From the IMG/VR virus record IMGVR_UViG_3300027749_000044: 64,000 nucleotides of DNA. One strand, written 5' to 3'. This document shows positions 20,671-30,869 of the stretch, in pieces. The DNA is from a virus. The translations under genes were made by a program, and so were the position numbers. The notes under the pieces were generated by a model. The model saw nothing but the letters and a program-made list of their open reading frames with translations. It did not search any database and had not been told where the DNA came from. Within the stretch, counting starts at the first letter, position 1. The number at the start of each line of letters is the position of its first letter.

Positions 20671-21144
20671 ATGAAATGTTATTCTGAATATATTGCCGAA
20701 AAAAAAGAAACAGAAGTTGACGTAAGCCGAAAACATGTTGGTCCCGCATTGGCGACACACAAAGGTTATACTTATCATATTATTAATACCGTCACAGGAG
20801 CCGATTTTGTCAAAGCGAATCCAAGCGCCCAGATTGGCCGATACCAAGTCATCAAAAGATCCAAAGATGGTCGACATATCTCACGTGGCATTTTTACTAC
20901 ACCAGAAGGTGCCATGCGCCAAATCAGACGGTCGACAGGAAGACCAGCCGTGGTTTCGGAGGATGGCGGAGGAGCCGTTGGAGGTGGGGCCCCTGCTACA
21001 TCTACAGCCGGAGTGTCTGGAACTGGCTCGGACAAAACTGTTCCTGTTTCCGTCAAAGCCCAAAAGAAAATCGTAAAAGCAGCACAAGATCCATCACATA
21101 AACCACTTCGCAATATATCAACGACGGCGATGTTTGGCAAGTAA
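20671..21144 (+). CDS. Putative internal head protein
   Basis: N-terminus MKCYSEYIAE closely matches the T4 capsid-targeting sequence. Confidence 0.6.
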   Translation: MKCYSEYIAEKKETEVDVSRKHVGPALATHKGYTYHIINTVTGADFVKANPSAQIGRYQVIKRSKDGRHISRGIFTTPEGAMRQIRRSTGRPAVVSEDGGGAVGGGAPATSTAGVSGTGSDKTVPVSVKAQKKIVKAAQDPSHKPLRNISTTAMFGK

Positions 21145-21146
21145 TA

Positions 21147-21659
21147 ATGAATCCATTATTTTTTCTTAATGTAATTCCTTTACCTTGGAAAATAGTCGGC
21201 ATATCTTTTATGATTGTCGCTATTTTTTTTGCTGGATATTTTCATGGCAAAAAAATAGAACACATTAATTTTGAAAATTATCAACTTGCTCAAGAAAAAA
21301 AATACGCCGAATTAGAAAAAAAAGTTGGACAAGTATCTGTGGAAACAGTCACAAAATATCTAACTAATACGAGTGTGATTGAAAAAAGGATTCCTATATA
21401 TGTCCAAATTGCCAATAATAATGTTCCTTCTCAGTATGATCTTTCTAATGGTTGGGTGTTCTTACACAACACCGCAGCCACAAATAGTGATCCCGACCCC
21501 ACCCGAAGTTCTGATGCGACCCCCTCGGGAATTAAAGACAATACAGCCCTCGAAACCGTCACAGAAAATTACGGAATCTGCCACGAAAACTCAGAACAAT
21601 TAAAGCAATTACAGGCATGGATAAATACCGTCAGTAAAACAAATAAAGGGCCAAAATAA
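21147..21659 (+). CDS. Rz-like inner-membrane spanin
   Basis: Single N-terminal TM helix, periplasmic helical domain, C-terminal NYGIC..QL..LQAWI. Confidence 0.8.
   Translation: MNPLFFLNVIPLPWKIVGISFMIVAIFFAGYFHGKKIEHINFENYQLAQEKKYAELEKKVGQVSVETVTKYLTNTSVIEKRIPIYVQIANNNVPSQYDLSNGWVFLHNTAATNSDPDPTRSSDATPSGIKDNTALETVTENYGICHENSEQLKQLQAWINTVSKTNKGPK
21400..21603 (+). CDS. Rz1-like outer-membrane lipoprotein spanin, embedded in the +1 frame of Rz
   Basis: AAAGGA RBS, signal peptide with lipobox MVG-C, Pro-rich mature part (PTPPEVLMRPP). Confidence 0.8.
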   Translation: MSKLPIIMFLLSMIFLMVGCSYTTPQPQIVIPTPPEVLMRPPRELKTIQPSKPSQKITESATKTQNN

Positions 21660-22138
21660 TGACTGCCAATTCTTCAATCGAAGTTAGAGTTTCTTTGCTC
21701 GAAAAAGGGTTCGATGGATTGTCTGCTCTATTGGACAAATTTGACGTAACAAACGAAAAATTATCTGATGTCACATATTCTATAAAACAACTTCTGGCTG
21801 TACACGAAATACAATTACGCAAGCATGACGAAGCCGATGAAGAAATTTATAAGTTAATCGAAGCTCGACGTGATGAAATGATGATGATGAACAACGTACA
21901 GAATCAAAAATTTCAAACTTTGCAAACCGAACTCAATAGAAAAATTGATGATACTGAGCGGGAATTACTCAAAGAACTTAAATCAATTAAAGATGACATG
22001 CAAACTCGACATAAAGAAACCGATACAAGATCCCAGCAACTTGAACGTTGGAAATGGATCGCAGTCGGCGCGATTGGCCTAGCATTTTTCCTGGCATCAA
22101 AATCAAATATTTTTTCATTTTTCACCTCTATGATCTAA
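21659..22138 (+). CDS. Coiled-coil protein with C-terminal TM helix (possibly lysis-related)
   Basis: Heptad-rich, LERWKWIAVGAIGLAFFL; coupled to the spanin gene. Confidence 0.6.
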   Translation: MTANSSIEVRVSLLEKGFDGLSALLDKFDVTNEKLSDVTYSIKQLLAVHEIQLRKHDEADEEIYKLIEARRDEMMMMNNVQNQKFQTLQTELNRKIDDTERELLKELKSIKDDMQTRHKETDTRSQQLERWKWIAVGAIGLAFFLASKSNIFSFFTSMI

Positions 22139-22143
22139 TTTCT

Positions 22144-22174
22144 GGTTGCCAACCGTCGGCCGGCTTGATATAAT
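22144..22174 (+). promoter_or_regulatory. Early promoter, GGTTGCCA-N17-TATAAT
   Basis: TTGCCA 22146-22151, TATAAT 22169-22174, upstream of primase. Confidence 0.7.
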
Positions 22175-22207
22175 CAGGTGTTGTTTTGAAATTGATGGTG
22201 GTAACCG

Positions 22208-23209
22208 ATGTTATGGATTGAATCAAAATATGCCGTGAACCTAAGGTCCCGGCTACAGAAATTTGTTATTAAAACCCAAAATCCTATTTTGATTAATTTC
22301 AGATGTCCTTATTGTGGCGATTCTGAGACAAATAAAAATAAAGCAAGAGGTTATTTGTATACTAGAAAGGACAAGATCAAATATTCTTGTCATAATTGTG
22401 GTATTGCAAAGTCATTCGGGGATTTCTTGAAAGAGACTGATAATCTTTTGTATAAAGAATACATCATGGAAATGTTTGAGAATGGCACAAAAAGAGAAGT
22501 GCCTGCCGTAAATGTTTCTTTTGTAGCTCCTGTATTTAAACGACCTCCTGCATCTATGTCAGGTCTCAAAAAAGTATCACAATTAAATCCTGCGCATCCG
22601 GCCAAAATGTATGTTGTTTCGCGCAAGATTCCAAATTTTTATCACAGTAGATTATATTTTGCTCCTAAATTCAACGCATGGACAAACACATTTATTCCGG
22701 ATAAACTGAAATTGGAATACGAAGAACCAAGATTGGTTATTCCATTTTTCAATAAAGAGGGTGATGTATTTGGTTATTCTGGCCGTAGTTTTAAGCCCGA
22801 TACGAATAAAAGATATATTACTATTATGTTAGATGATGAGGCCTCAAAATTATATGGTTTGGATACTTGCGACCAAACTAAGCTTCATTATGTCACTGAG
22901 GGACCTTTTGATTCTATGTTCTTGGAAAATGCCATGGCCATGGCTGGATCCGATGCAACTTTATCTTTGTTTGACCGCGAACTGACAGTTTTTGTTTATG
23001 ATAATGAGCCTAGATCGAAAGAAATTACCAAAAAGATTCATAAAACGATTGTCAGAGGATATAAGGTTGTTATTTGGCCTAATAATCTTCCATATAAGGA
23101 CATTAACGATATGGTTTTGGCCAACGTTGATATCCTTGATTTGGTCCAAGAAAGAACATTTTCAGGCCTTCAGGCGCGACTCATGTTCGAGGATTGGCAA
23201 AAAATTTAA
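22208..23209 (+). CDS. 61: DNA primase
   Basis: CPYCGDS..CHNC zinc ribbon, TEGPFDSMF and YDNEPR TOPRIM, KDINDM. Confidence 0.96.
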   Translation: MLWIESKYAVNLRSRLQKFVIKTQNPILINFRCPYCGDSETNKNKARGYLYTRKDKIKYSCHNCGIAKSFGDFLKETDNLLYKEYIMEMFENGTKREVPAVNVSFVAPVFKRPPASMSGLKKVSQLNPAHPAKMYVVSRKIPNFYHSRLYFAPKFNAWTNTFIPDKLKLEYEEPRLVIPFFNKEGDVFGYSGRSFKPDTNKRYITIMLDDEASKLYGLDTCDQTKLHYVTEGPFDSMFLENAMAMAGSDATLSLFDRELTVFVYDNEPRSKEITKKIHKTIVRGYKVVIWPNNLPYKDINDMVLANVDILDLVQERTFSGLQARLMFEDWQKI

Positions 23210-23400
23210 TTTTATGGTTGACATATGGGATCCTTGTGATATGATGAAAATATGATGAAAAACACACGGAAAATACAATGAAAATTAAACCGAATTTTAT
23301 ACGGGGCCTAATTAATGGTGCCTTGCTTTCTTCCCTACTTTGGGGAATTATTTTTGTTATTGTTGTGGTCGTACATACAGTTTTTTGGAAAGGACATTAA

Positions 23401-23727
23401 ATGTTCAAGTCTATTGGATCTGCTATTATTGTAATTTTTGCATCTCTACTTATCGTTTTTGGACTATCTTTCGTTAGTTATGAATTATATTCTTTTTTCG
23501 CTCCAAAATATAATGAAGTAGATGCGCGAGTATTCAAGCAGTCTGTTCAATACAACGAAGGAATGATTCGTGATCTTGAAAATCTCAAGATCGAATACGC
23601 AAATTCAGATGCAGAAGGTAAGAGAGCACTTAAGCCTATTATTCTACATCGTTTTTCTGTGTATGATCGCAATCGTCTTCCTGCCGATCTTCAACTATTT
23701 TACAATCAAGTTGAAGGAATGAACTGA
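23401..23727 (+). CDS. Membrane-anchored hypothetical protein
   Basis: N-terminal TM helix; AAGGA RBS. Confidence 0.65.
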   Translation: MFKSIGSAIIVIFASLLIVFGLSFVSYELYSFFAPKYNEVDARVFKQSVQYNEGMIRDLENLKIEYANSDAEGKRALKPIILHRFSVYDRNRLPADLQLFYNQVEGMN

Positions 23728-23728
23728 A

Positions 23729-24115
23729 ATGATGAAGGCATTTAAAGCACTCGGCGATATTATTTCTAATGAAAAGAAGCGTCGCGATGTAGAACATCAA
23801 GAATTTTTGGCGTTTCTTCGTGAACTAATCGAAACACTTCCTGCGGAAGCCTGTAGTAGATTTGGAAATTTATCTGTTGTTCTTATTGAAAAAGAACTAA
23901 AGAAAAATTTTGGAATTCAATTAACTGTTGCTGATTATCTCTTTTGGAAAGATAAGTTCGAAAATACCGATCTTCGGTTTGAAGAAACAACAGGCCAAAT
24001 TAAAAGCAGAATGCTAGAAAAATTGACCAATGTCGCAGAAGTTAATAATCTAGGACCTAAAGAACGCAAAGAACTACTTGCAATTCTAATTGAAGCAAAA
24101 AAAGAAACAAAGTAA
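23729..24115 (+). CDS. Hypothetical protein
   Basis: Packed ORF with RBS. Confidence 0.6.
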   Translation: MMKAFKALGDIISNEKKRRDVEHQEFLAFLRELIETLPAEACSRFGNLSVVLIEKELKKNFGIQLTVADYLFWKDKFENTDLRFEETTGQIKSRMLEKLTNVAEVNNLGPKERKELLAILIEAKKETK

Positions 24116-24609
24116 TGAATACTCGTATTTTTGCCCTTCTGGGTATTGCTGCACTCACTCTAACTGCCTGTGATTATACTCCTACATCAGATGATCTACA
24201 GAACCAAAAGCAAGAGCAAGCAAACAAACAAGCTGTCCAAACGGTTGGTATGCCTGCTATTGTAAATTTCCAAGAGAAGAGGATTCTCAAGGACATTTAT
24301 GAATTGCGCGACACTCAGATTCGTACGTACACTTATATTACCGACCTGAATGGTCACCTCCACAAGATGTGTGACAGTATTGGTTATGGTATTCCTGGTG
24401 GTACTCAATATACTAACCCACAAAAGGTCGAATACCACACTTCTGGTGGATATGTTACTACACCCCAAGCCGATCCTAATGGCCTGTATTCTCCTGCATC
24501 CTCAGAAGGTACCTGGGTTCTTTGTAATCAACCAGGAAAGGACAAGACTGTTCCAGTTTATATTGAGCCTAGGGTAATTGTTTCTCCTTTCCCTCTAGGT
24601 ACAAACTAA
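24115..24609 (+). CDS. Lipoprotein
   Basis: Lipobox LTAC; IGYGIP..QYTNP..QADPNGLY..S.GTWVLC. Confidence 0.75.
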   Translation: MNTRIFALLGIAALTLTACDYTPTSDDLQNQKQEQANKQAVQTVGMPAIVNFQEKRILKDIYELRDTQIRTYTYITDLNGHLHKMCDSIGYGIPGGTQYTNPQKVEYHTSGGYVTTPQADPNGLYSPASSEGTWVLCNQPGKDKTVPVYIEPRVIVSPFPLGTN

Positions 24610-24613
24610 TATA

Positions 24614-24979
24614 ATGAAAGTTATTATTGCCGGATCGCGTGAGTTTACGTGTGATTTAATGACTCACATTGTAGATCATGCGGTCCGAAAAAGTAAATTT
24701 GATATTAATGAAGTTGTTTCAGGAACGGCTAAAGGCGTAGATACGGCCGGCGAAACTTGGGCTTTTTTCAAAAATATTAAAATTACAAAATTTCCTGCTG
24801 ATTGGAAAAAACATGGCAAAGCTGCTGGGCCCATTCGTAATGGACTAATGGCCGAATATGCGGATGCTCTAATCGCAATATGGGACGGCCAATCTTCTGG
24901 AACAAAGCATATGATAGAATCTATGAAAAAAATAGGAAAACCTATATACGTCTTAATATTAAAGGAATATTCACTATGA
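24614..24979 (+). CDS. SLOG-family (YspA/DUF2493-like) protein
   Basis: IIAGSR..VVSGTAKGVD..ADW..HGKAAGPIRN..WDG.S.GT..M. Confidence 0.85.
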   Translation: MKVIIAGSREFTCDLMTHIVDHAVRKSKFDINEVVSGTAKGVDTAGETWAFFKNIKITKFPADWKKHGKAAGPIRNGLMAEYADALIAIWDGQSSGTKHMIESMKKIGKPIYVLILKEYSL

Positions 24980-25380
24980 ATACGGATGATTTGTATAATG
25001 AAGGCCCAGTCTATAAACTTGGCCAAAAATTATATTATCTTAAAGATACCTATGATTACAATCACGAACATCAGTTTGTTGAAATTGTAGAATGTGAAGT
25101 AATCGAAGTTGAATTAAAGAGCTATTATATATTTAAACCAGGAAAAAATGAATATCGCGTGGAGCGTTGGTATAAATTGTCTGACCTTAATGGTCACAGA
25201 CACGTAGGACCACAAGCACGCCAAATAACTAAACACGAGTTTCTTACCCTTGAAGAAGCTATTGAAGCACGAACTAAAAAGCTGCTTGCTATTCACGAAG
25301 AAGCCAAAAATGAATATGCAAGAACCGAAGCGGCATTACAATCAATAGAAAGAAAGTTATTTGAATATGGGATCAGTTAA
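24976..25380 (+). CDS. Hypothetical protein
   Basis: AAGGA RBS, ATGA overlap. Confidence 0.6.
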   Translation: MNTDDLYNEGPVYKLGQKLYYLKDTYDYNHEHQFVEIVECEVIEVELKSYYIFKPGKNEYRVERWYKLSDLNGHRHVGPQARQITKHEFLTLEEAIEARTKKLLAIHEEAKNEYARTEAALQSIERKLFEYGIS

Positions 25381-25416
25381 TTGCTAAATACATGGTAGTC
25401 TAATGGAGACCAATGT

Positions 25417-25986
25417 ATGCATTATAGAAAAATATGGGAAAATTATCACGGCAAAAAAATACCAGAAGGATATGAAATACATCATATAGATGGAAATAGA
25501 AATAATAATAATATTGATAATTTATTATGCGTTTCTATCGAAGGTCATTTACAAATACATTTAGATCAAGAAGATTGGTCTGCTGTGCAATCTATATTTT
25601 TAAGAATAAAAAATGATTTAAACTTTAAAAATGAAAATTTTAAAGAAATTTGTTCTAAAGCACAAAAAAAATTATGGGAAGAAGGAAATCATAATTGGCA
25701 AATCAATTCTGAAAAAAGAAAAATTAATTTTGATTTGCATATGAAAACAAGAATAGAAAAAACCGGCAATGCTTTTTTGGGTATAAATGATAGAGTTGAC
25801 AATGGTCGCAAAGCAGGTAAAATAGCCGCTGAAAAGAATGCTGGATTTTTGAATATAAATTCAAATTTTCATGGAAGTAAAGCCGTAAAAAATACAAAAT
25901 GGTGGACTAATATTGATGGAACAAGAGTTAGATCACATGAATGTCCTCCAGGTGATTGGAAACAAGGAATGAAATATGACAAATAG
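25417..25986 (+). mobile_element. Free-standing HNH homing endonuclease upstream of thyX
   Basis: YEIHHIDGNRNNN.IDNL..H..IH; C-terminal WWTN..W..G NUMOD-like tail; very AT-rich. Confidence 0.85.
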
Positions 25987-26641
25987 TGTTAAATTAATTT
26001 CGGTTAGTAAACCTACAATAGAAGGTTTAAATACCTCTTCAGAATTACTTGCGTATTGTGCGAGAGTTAGTAACCCTACAAATCAAATGAACAAAGAAAC
26101 ATCAGGTAAACTACTGTCTTATTGTATTAAAAATAAACATTGGTCAATTTTCGAAATGGTCCACATGACGATGGAAATCACCACGACGCGAGACATTGCC
26201 CGTCAAATCCTTCGTCATAGGTCGTTTTCTTTCCAAGAATTTAGTCAGCGATATGCTGTTGCCGAAAACTTTGTTACTCGCGAAGCACGAATGCAAGATA
26301 CAAAAAATCGTCAAAATTCTTTAGAAACAGATGACGAAATTTTACAAAGAGCCTGGCAAATCAGACAAGAGCATATTTTGGAAAATGTCCAATCGTCATA
26401 TGATTGGGCATTGAAGAATGGTATTGCCAAAGAACAGGCACGTGCTATCCTACCAGAAGGACTGACTGAATCTCGTCTTTATATGGCCGGAAATCTTAGG
26501 TCATGGATTCATTATGTCCAACTACGAACTTCAAATGGAACTCAAAAAGAACACCGTGAAATTGCAGAACAATGCCAAAAAATTATCGGACTAGAATTTC
26601 CAGAAATTTTGGATGCATTGTCTGCCGTATCCGAAGGATAA
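25976..26641 (+). CDS. thyX: Flavin-dependent thymidylate synthase
   Basis: HWSIFE, QILRHRSFSFQEFSQRY, EQARAILP, TQKEHR. Confidence 0.96.
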   Translation: MTNSVKLISVSKPTIEGLNTSSELLAYCARVSNPTNQMNKETSGKLLSYCIKNKHWSIFEMVHMTMEITTTRDIARQILRHRSFSFQEFSQRYAVAENFVTREARMQDTKNRQNSLETDDEILQRAWQIRQEHILENVQSSYDWALKNGIAKEQARAILPEGLTESRLYMAGNLRSWIHYVQLRTSNGTQKEHREIAEQCQKIIGLEFPEILDALSAVSEG

Positions 26642-26647
26642 AATCGA

Positions 26648-26935
26648 ATGACTGATAACGGTGTAATTTATGATTATTTTATTTGGGACCATGAAAAACA
26701 AACATATAAGTTTCCATTAGATAATAATCCAGATTGGGTTGCCATTCGAGGAGATAAAGTTGTATTTCTAAATAAAAATGGATATGATTCCGAAAGAGAA
26801 CATGCCGCCAGAGTCTTTGAAGAAGGTCAAATATTAACTGTAGACACCGTGCGTATTGGTATGTCGAAATCTTATTATAAATTCAAAAACCTCCAATATG
26901 AATATAATACCGTAATGTTTGAGAAATTAACATGA
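26648..26935 (+). CDS. Hypothetical protein
   Basis: Packed ORF with RBS. Confidence 0.6.
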   Translation: MTDNGVIYDYFIWDHEKQTYKFPLDNNPDWVAIRGDKVVFLNKNGYDSEREHAARVFEEGQILTVDTVRIGMSKSYYKFKNLQYEYNTVMFEKLT

Positions 26936-26962
26936 ACTCTTTACTGAAGGAATTAAAAAAAG

Positions 26963-27175
26963 ATGAGTAATACAAATATTAATCATGTATTTACTCAAGT
27001 AGAAAATATTATCAAAAAAAATCCAAACTTGTATGATCGAATTAGAAATAACTGGATAGATTATTCAAGTCCACAAAAATATAAAGGATATTGCGCTTGT
27101 TGCGGAGCTCCTAGAATGGAAGATGACACACAAGAACATGATTTTGAATGTATATGGTTTGAAGAGATTGAATAG
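26963..27175 (+). CDS. Small Cys-containing hypothetical protein
   Basis: CACC..H..C possible Zn site. Confidence 0.5.
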   Translation: MSNTNINHVFTQVENIIKKNPNLYDRIRNNWIDYSSPQKYKGYCACCGAPRMEDDTQEHDFECIWFEEIE

Positions 27176-27178
27176 AAG

Positions 27179-27376
27179 ATGAAAAAATTAAAATTTTATA
27201 ATTTGTCATCGATATTACTTTTGGCTATGATCGAATATATATTATTGGGATGTATCATTATTACTCCTTATGCCGGCTCAATATTCTGGCCAATGTTTTT
27301 GTTGCTTCCTCCTGAATTGGTATTATTTGTCATTGTTTATTTGACAATTCTTGATTTTATTCATACGGAACTATAA
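27179..27376 (+). CDS. Small membrane protein
   Basis: Two hydrophobic segments. Confidence 0.5.
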   Translation: MKKLKFYNLSSILLLAMIEYILLGCIIITPYAGSIFWPMFLLLPPELVLFVIVYLTILDFIHTEL

Positions 27377-27397
27377 ATAGTTATTTTGGAGAAGCGC

Positions 27398-27730
27398 ATG
27401 AATGATACTAATACCAAACAAATTTTAGATTTATTGGCGTTGATTGAAGCCAAAAATGAAGAAAATCAAAAACAATTAGATTCACTTCAAAGCCAACTAT
27501 GGTCAATATTAAACAGACTTAATGTTTTGGAATCAACAAATAATTTATCTTATCCGATTCCATATTACAAATATGCATTGCCTAATGGTCCTCAAGTTCT
27601 GCCGGTGGACACAAAGTGGGAACCAAGGTGGTTAACTATAACCATGCCTCATACCATGAGAAATTATACAATAGGCGAAGGAATTTCAACTACACCATAT
27701 CTTGATAATTCCGGTCCACATTCAATTTAA
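27398..27730 (+). CDS. Hypothetical protein
   Basis: TATAAATA and GGAG upstream. Confidence 0.55.
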   Translation: MNDTNTKQILDLLALIEAKNEENQKQLDSLQSQLWSILNRLNVLESTNNLSYPIPYYKYALPNGPQVLPVDTKWEPRWLTITMPHTMRNYTIGEGISTTPYLDNSGPHSI

Positions 27731-27942
27731 TGACTGATTATTCTATAACTTTTGTTTCAAATAATAATCCTGAAGCAAAAATTTCAGGAAAAATTTCTGA
27801 CAACGGAGAGTTACCTATACAATTGGATCAATTAGTTAATTATTTCCGAAATAATGGAATTGCAGTGAAGGCGATTGGCGTTTCGGATTGGACTTCATTG
27901 GAAATTTACATCGAAGACGATTCTTATTATTATACACGATAG
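27730..27942 (+). CDS. Hypothetical protein
   Basis: TAATG overlap. Confidence 0.5.
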   Translation: MTDYSITFVSNNNPEAKISGKISDNGELPIQLDQLVNYFRNNGIAVKAIGVSDWTSLEIYIEDDSYYYTR

Positions 27943-28006
27943 ATAATCTTCTGGACTCTTATATAAATGTACTAGTACGTATTCAAAAATCAAAAAGGAT
28001 AAAATA

Positions 28007-29854
28007 ATGGATAAATCACAAGAAATTTTAAGTTCTATTACCGGGTTCATGAAGTATTCAAAATTCATTCCTGAATTAGGCCGCCGGGAGAACTGGGAAG
28101 AACTTGTTACTAGAAATAAAAATATGCACATTAAAAAGTTTCCAGAATTACAAAACGAAATTGAAACGGCATATGAATTCGTATATAATAAAAAAATCCT
28201 TCCTTCGATGCGGTCTTTGCAGTTTGCCGGCAAACCAATCGAATTAAACGAAACACGGTTATATAATTGTTGTTTTTTGCCTGTTGATAATTACGTTGCT
28301 TTCAGCGAAATTATGTTCCTTTTGCTTTCAGGAACAGGCGTCGGGTATTCAGTACAAAGTCACCATGTCGAAAAGCTACCTTCTATCACAAAGCCAACCA
28401 AAAAGAAAAGGTATCTCGTAGGAGATTCTATCGAAGGTTGGGCCGATGCAGTCAAGATGTTGATGAAAGCATATCTTGCCGGCAAGCCATTGCCTGTTTT
28501 TGATTTTAATGACGTTCGACCAAAAGGATCACATTTGATTACTGCCGGCGGAAAAGCACCGGGTCCAGAACCACTTAAGGATTGCCTTCATAATATTCAA
28601 AAAATTCTAGACAGAAAAGAAAACGGCGAACAATTAACTACATTGGATGTTCATGACATTAATTGTTATATTGCCGATTCTGTTTTGTCTGGTGGTATTC
28701 GTAGATCCGCAATGATCGCTCTATTCGATATCGATGACGAAGAAATGCTTACATGCAAGTTTGGCAATTGGTGGGAACAAAATCCACAGCGAGGTCGAGC
28801 GAACAATTCTGCCGTAATCGTTCGTCATATGGTCGACGAAGATGTGTTCTTTGATCTTTGGAAGAAAATCGAATTGTCTGGATCAGGCGAACCTGGATTC
28901 TTCTTTACTAATGATGCCGATTGGGGATTAAATCCTTGTGCTGAAATTTCTCTTCGTCCATTCCAATTTTGTAATCTTTGTACAATCAATGCAGGCGATG
29001 TTGAATCACAAGAAGACTTTAATGCACGGGCCAAGGCCGCCGCATTTATTGGAACTCTACAGGCTTCATATACCAACTTCCATTATCTTCGTGATATTTG
29101 GAAAAGAACTACCGAAAAAGAAGCACTTATTGGAATTTCAATGACTGGCATCGCATCTGGAACAGTATTGAATTTGAATATGAAAGAAGCTGCTCATGTT
29201 GTTAAAGAAGAAAATGCAAGAATTGCCGAAATTATCGGAATTAAACCAGCTGCCAGAACTACAACTGTTAAACCAGAAGGCACGGCTTCATGTATTCTCG
29301 GTACCTCATCTGGAATTCACGCCTGGCACAATGACCATTACATCCGTAGAATTAGAGTCGGTAAAGACGAGTCAATTTATCGTTACCTTGCCGACAACCA
29401 TCCAGAACTTATCGAAGATGAATACTTCAAGCCTAATCAACAAGCAGTCATATCGATTCCTCAGAAGTCACCCGCTGGCGCAATCACGCGATCTGAATCT
29501 GCAATTGACCTATTGAATCGTGTATCCAAAGTATACAAAGAATGGATTTCACCTGGACACAGACGTGGTGTAAATAAAAATAACGTCTCGACTACTGTTA
29601 CTATCAAAGCTAACGAATGGGAAGAAGTCGGCCAATGGATGTGGAAAAATAGGAATTCATTTACTGCTTTGTCGGTTCTTCCTCATTTTGATCATACGTA
29701 CGTCCAAGCTCCATTTGAAGATTGTTCCGAAGAACAATTTAATGCATTCTATGAACAATTGCATGAAATTAATTTGGATAACGTTGTTGAATTTGAAGAC
29801 AACACCACATTACGTGACGAAGTTGCATGTGCCGCAGGGGGATGTGAAATATGA
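28007..29854 (+). CDS. nrdJ: Class II (B12-dependent, monomeric-type) ribonucleotide reductase
   Basis: LYNC, GTGVG, GGIRRSA, NPCAEI..CNL, TTVKPEGT, C-terminal CAAGGCEI; no nrdB seen in the window. Confidence 0.92.
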   Translation: MDKSQEILSSITGFMKYSKFIPELGRRENWEELVTRNKNMHIKKFPELQNEIETAYEFVYNKKILPSMRSLQFAGKPIELNETRLYNCCFLPVDNYVAFSEIMFLLLSGTGVGYSVQSHHVEKLPSITKPTKKKRYLVGDSIEGWADAVKMLMKAYLAGKPLPVFDFNDVRPKGSHLITAGGKAPGPEPLKDCLHNIQKILDRKENGEQLTTLDVHDINCYIADSVLSGGIRRSAMIALFDIDDEEMLTCKFGNWWEQNPQRGRANNSAVIVRHMVDEDVFFDLWKKIELSGSGEPGFFFTNDADWGLNPCAEISLRPFQFCNLCTINAGDVESQEDFNARAKAAAFIGTLQASYTNFHYLRDIWKRTTEKEALIGISMTGIASGTVLNLNMKEAAHVVKEENARIAEIIGIKPAARTTTVKPEGTASCILGTSSGIHAWHNDHYIRRIRVGKDESIYRYLADNHPELIEDEYFKPNQQAVISIPQKSPAGAITRSESAIDLLNRVSKVYKEWISPGHRRGVNKNNVSTTVTIKANEWEEVGQWMWKNRNSFTALSVLPHFDHTYVQAPFEDCSEEQFNAFYEQLHEINLDNVVEFEDNTTLRDEVACAAGGCEI

Positions 29855-30026
29855 AATGGAATGAATTAATTAAAGGTTATTTTTCTTCTTTGGCTTCGAA
29901 TAATAAAGAAGAGGCAAATAAATTTTGGAATCTAATTTTACAAAAAAATTTGGATCTAAATAAAAAAGTCAATGCTGGTAAAAAGCATATCAAACCAAAA
30001 CACACTATTATTGAATAGGTAATTTA

Positions 30027-30188
30027 ATGTCAAAACACGAAAATCAATCATATTCTTGTGGTTATTGTGAAGCAGAATTCGATATCGTACCTAGTAATCC
30101 TCAAGCTTATACGGATGTTTCTTATTGTCCATTCTGTGGAGGAGATATATCCGAAGAAGTAGAAGATATTACAGACTGGGAAGAATAA
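30027..30188 (+). CDS. Small zinc-ribbon protein (not in ORF track)
   Basis: MSKHENQSYSCGYC..YCPFCGG..WEE, 53 aa. Confidence 0.7.
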   Translation: MSKHENQSYSCGYCEAEFDIVPSNPQAYTDVSYCPFCGGDISEEVEDITDWEE

Positions 30189-30193
30189 CTAAG

Positions 30194-30220
30194 TACCCTC
30201 CGAACGGAGGGTATTTTTTT
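30194..30220 (+). terminator. Terminator hairpin that also contains the RBS of the next gene
   Basis: taccctcc-gaac-ggagggta followed by T7, then ATG at 30221. Confidence 0.8.
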
Positions 30221-30640
30221 ATGTGGATATATAAAGGCGAACCATTTACTGAAGATATGATTGGTGAAAATTATGGATATGTTTATGTCATCACTCATAT
30301 TCCTTCTGGCAAAAAATATATAGGTCGAAAATTTTTCACTTCTGCTGGATATAAAACGGTCAAAGGCAAACGGAAAAAAATAAGAAAGCCATCTGACTGG
30401 CAAACATATTATGGATCATCACCTGCGCTCGCCAAGGCTATAGCCGAATATGGGCACGATCAATTCACGCGGGAAATTGTTATGCTCTGTCCTAACCGTT
30501 CCTCCGCCTCCTATTATGAGGCAAAAATGATTTTGTCCGAAGATGCAATTTTATCTGACAATTATTTTAACGATTGGATATCCCTCAAGGTATCATCGAT
30601 GCACGTCAATGCCATAAAAAAAATGAAAAAAGAGGGTTGA
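30221..30640 (+). CDS. denA: GIY-YIG endonuclease II-like nuclease
   Basis: YGYVYVIT..KKYIGRK..SDWQTYYGSS..FTREI..YYE..YFNDWI. Confidence 0.75.
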   Translation: MWIYKGEPFTEDMIGENYGYVYVITHIPSGKKYIGRKFFTSAGYKTVKGKRKKIRKPSDWQTYYGSSPALAKAIAEYGHDQFTREIVMLCPNRSSASYYEAKMILSEDAILSDNYFNDWISLKVSSMHVNAIKKMKKEG

Positions 30641-30695
30641 CATTCTTTCCTAAATGATACATAATAGCATATGGTCCGAAAAAGGAGTATGTGCC

Positions 30696-30869
30696 ATGGT
30701 AGATTTTGTAATTTTTTCGTTTCCTGATCCACTCAAGGACGGGACAAAAAAGGTCGAAGAAACCTATTGCGAATTGCTCTCGCGTCAGCGCCAGGGTGAA
30801 ATCTTGTACCCAGAAGAAATTGACTATTTGGATTATGCTAACACAATTTTGTCGGAATCTAAACGATGA
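30696..30869 (+). CDS. Hypothetical protein
   Basis: AAGGAG RBS after a TTGACA..CATAAT promoter. Confidence 0.55.
   Translation: MVDFVIFSFPDPLKDGTKKVEETYCELLSRQRQGEILYPEEIDYLDYANTILSESKR

Noticed and set aside
20656-20673. Amber readthrough fusions (20658 into 20671; 27175 into 27179 are in frame)
   Set aside because: In-frame adjacency occurs one time in three by chance, and the downstream ORFs have their own starts (20671 begins with a targeting-like leader).
25417-26641. HNH as an intron-encoded ORF in thyX; inteins in genes 43, 41 or nrdJ
   Set aside because: thyX is contiguous downstream of the HNH, and the other proteins have normal lengths without splicing motifs.
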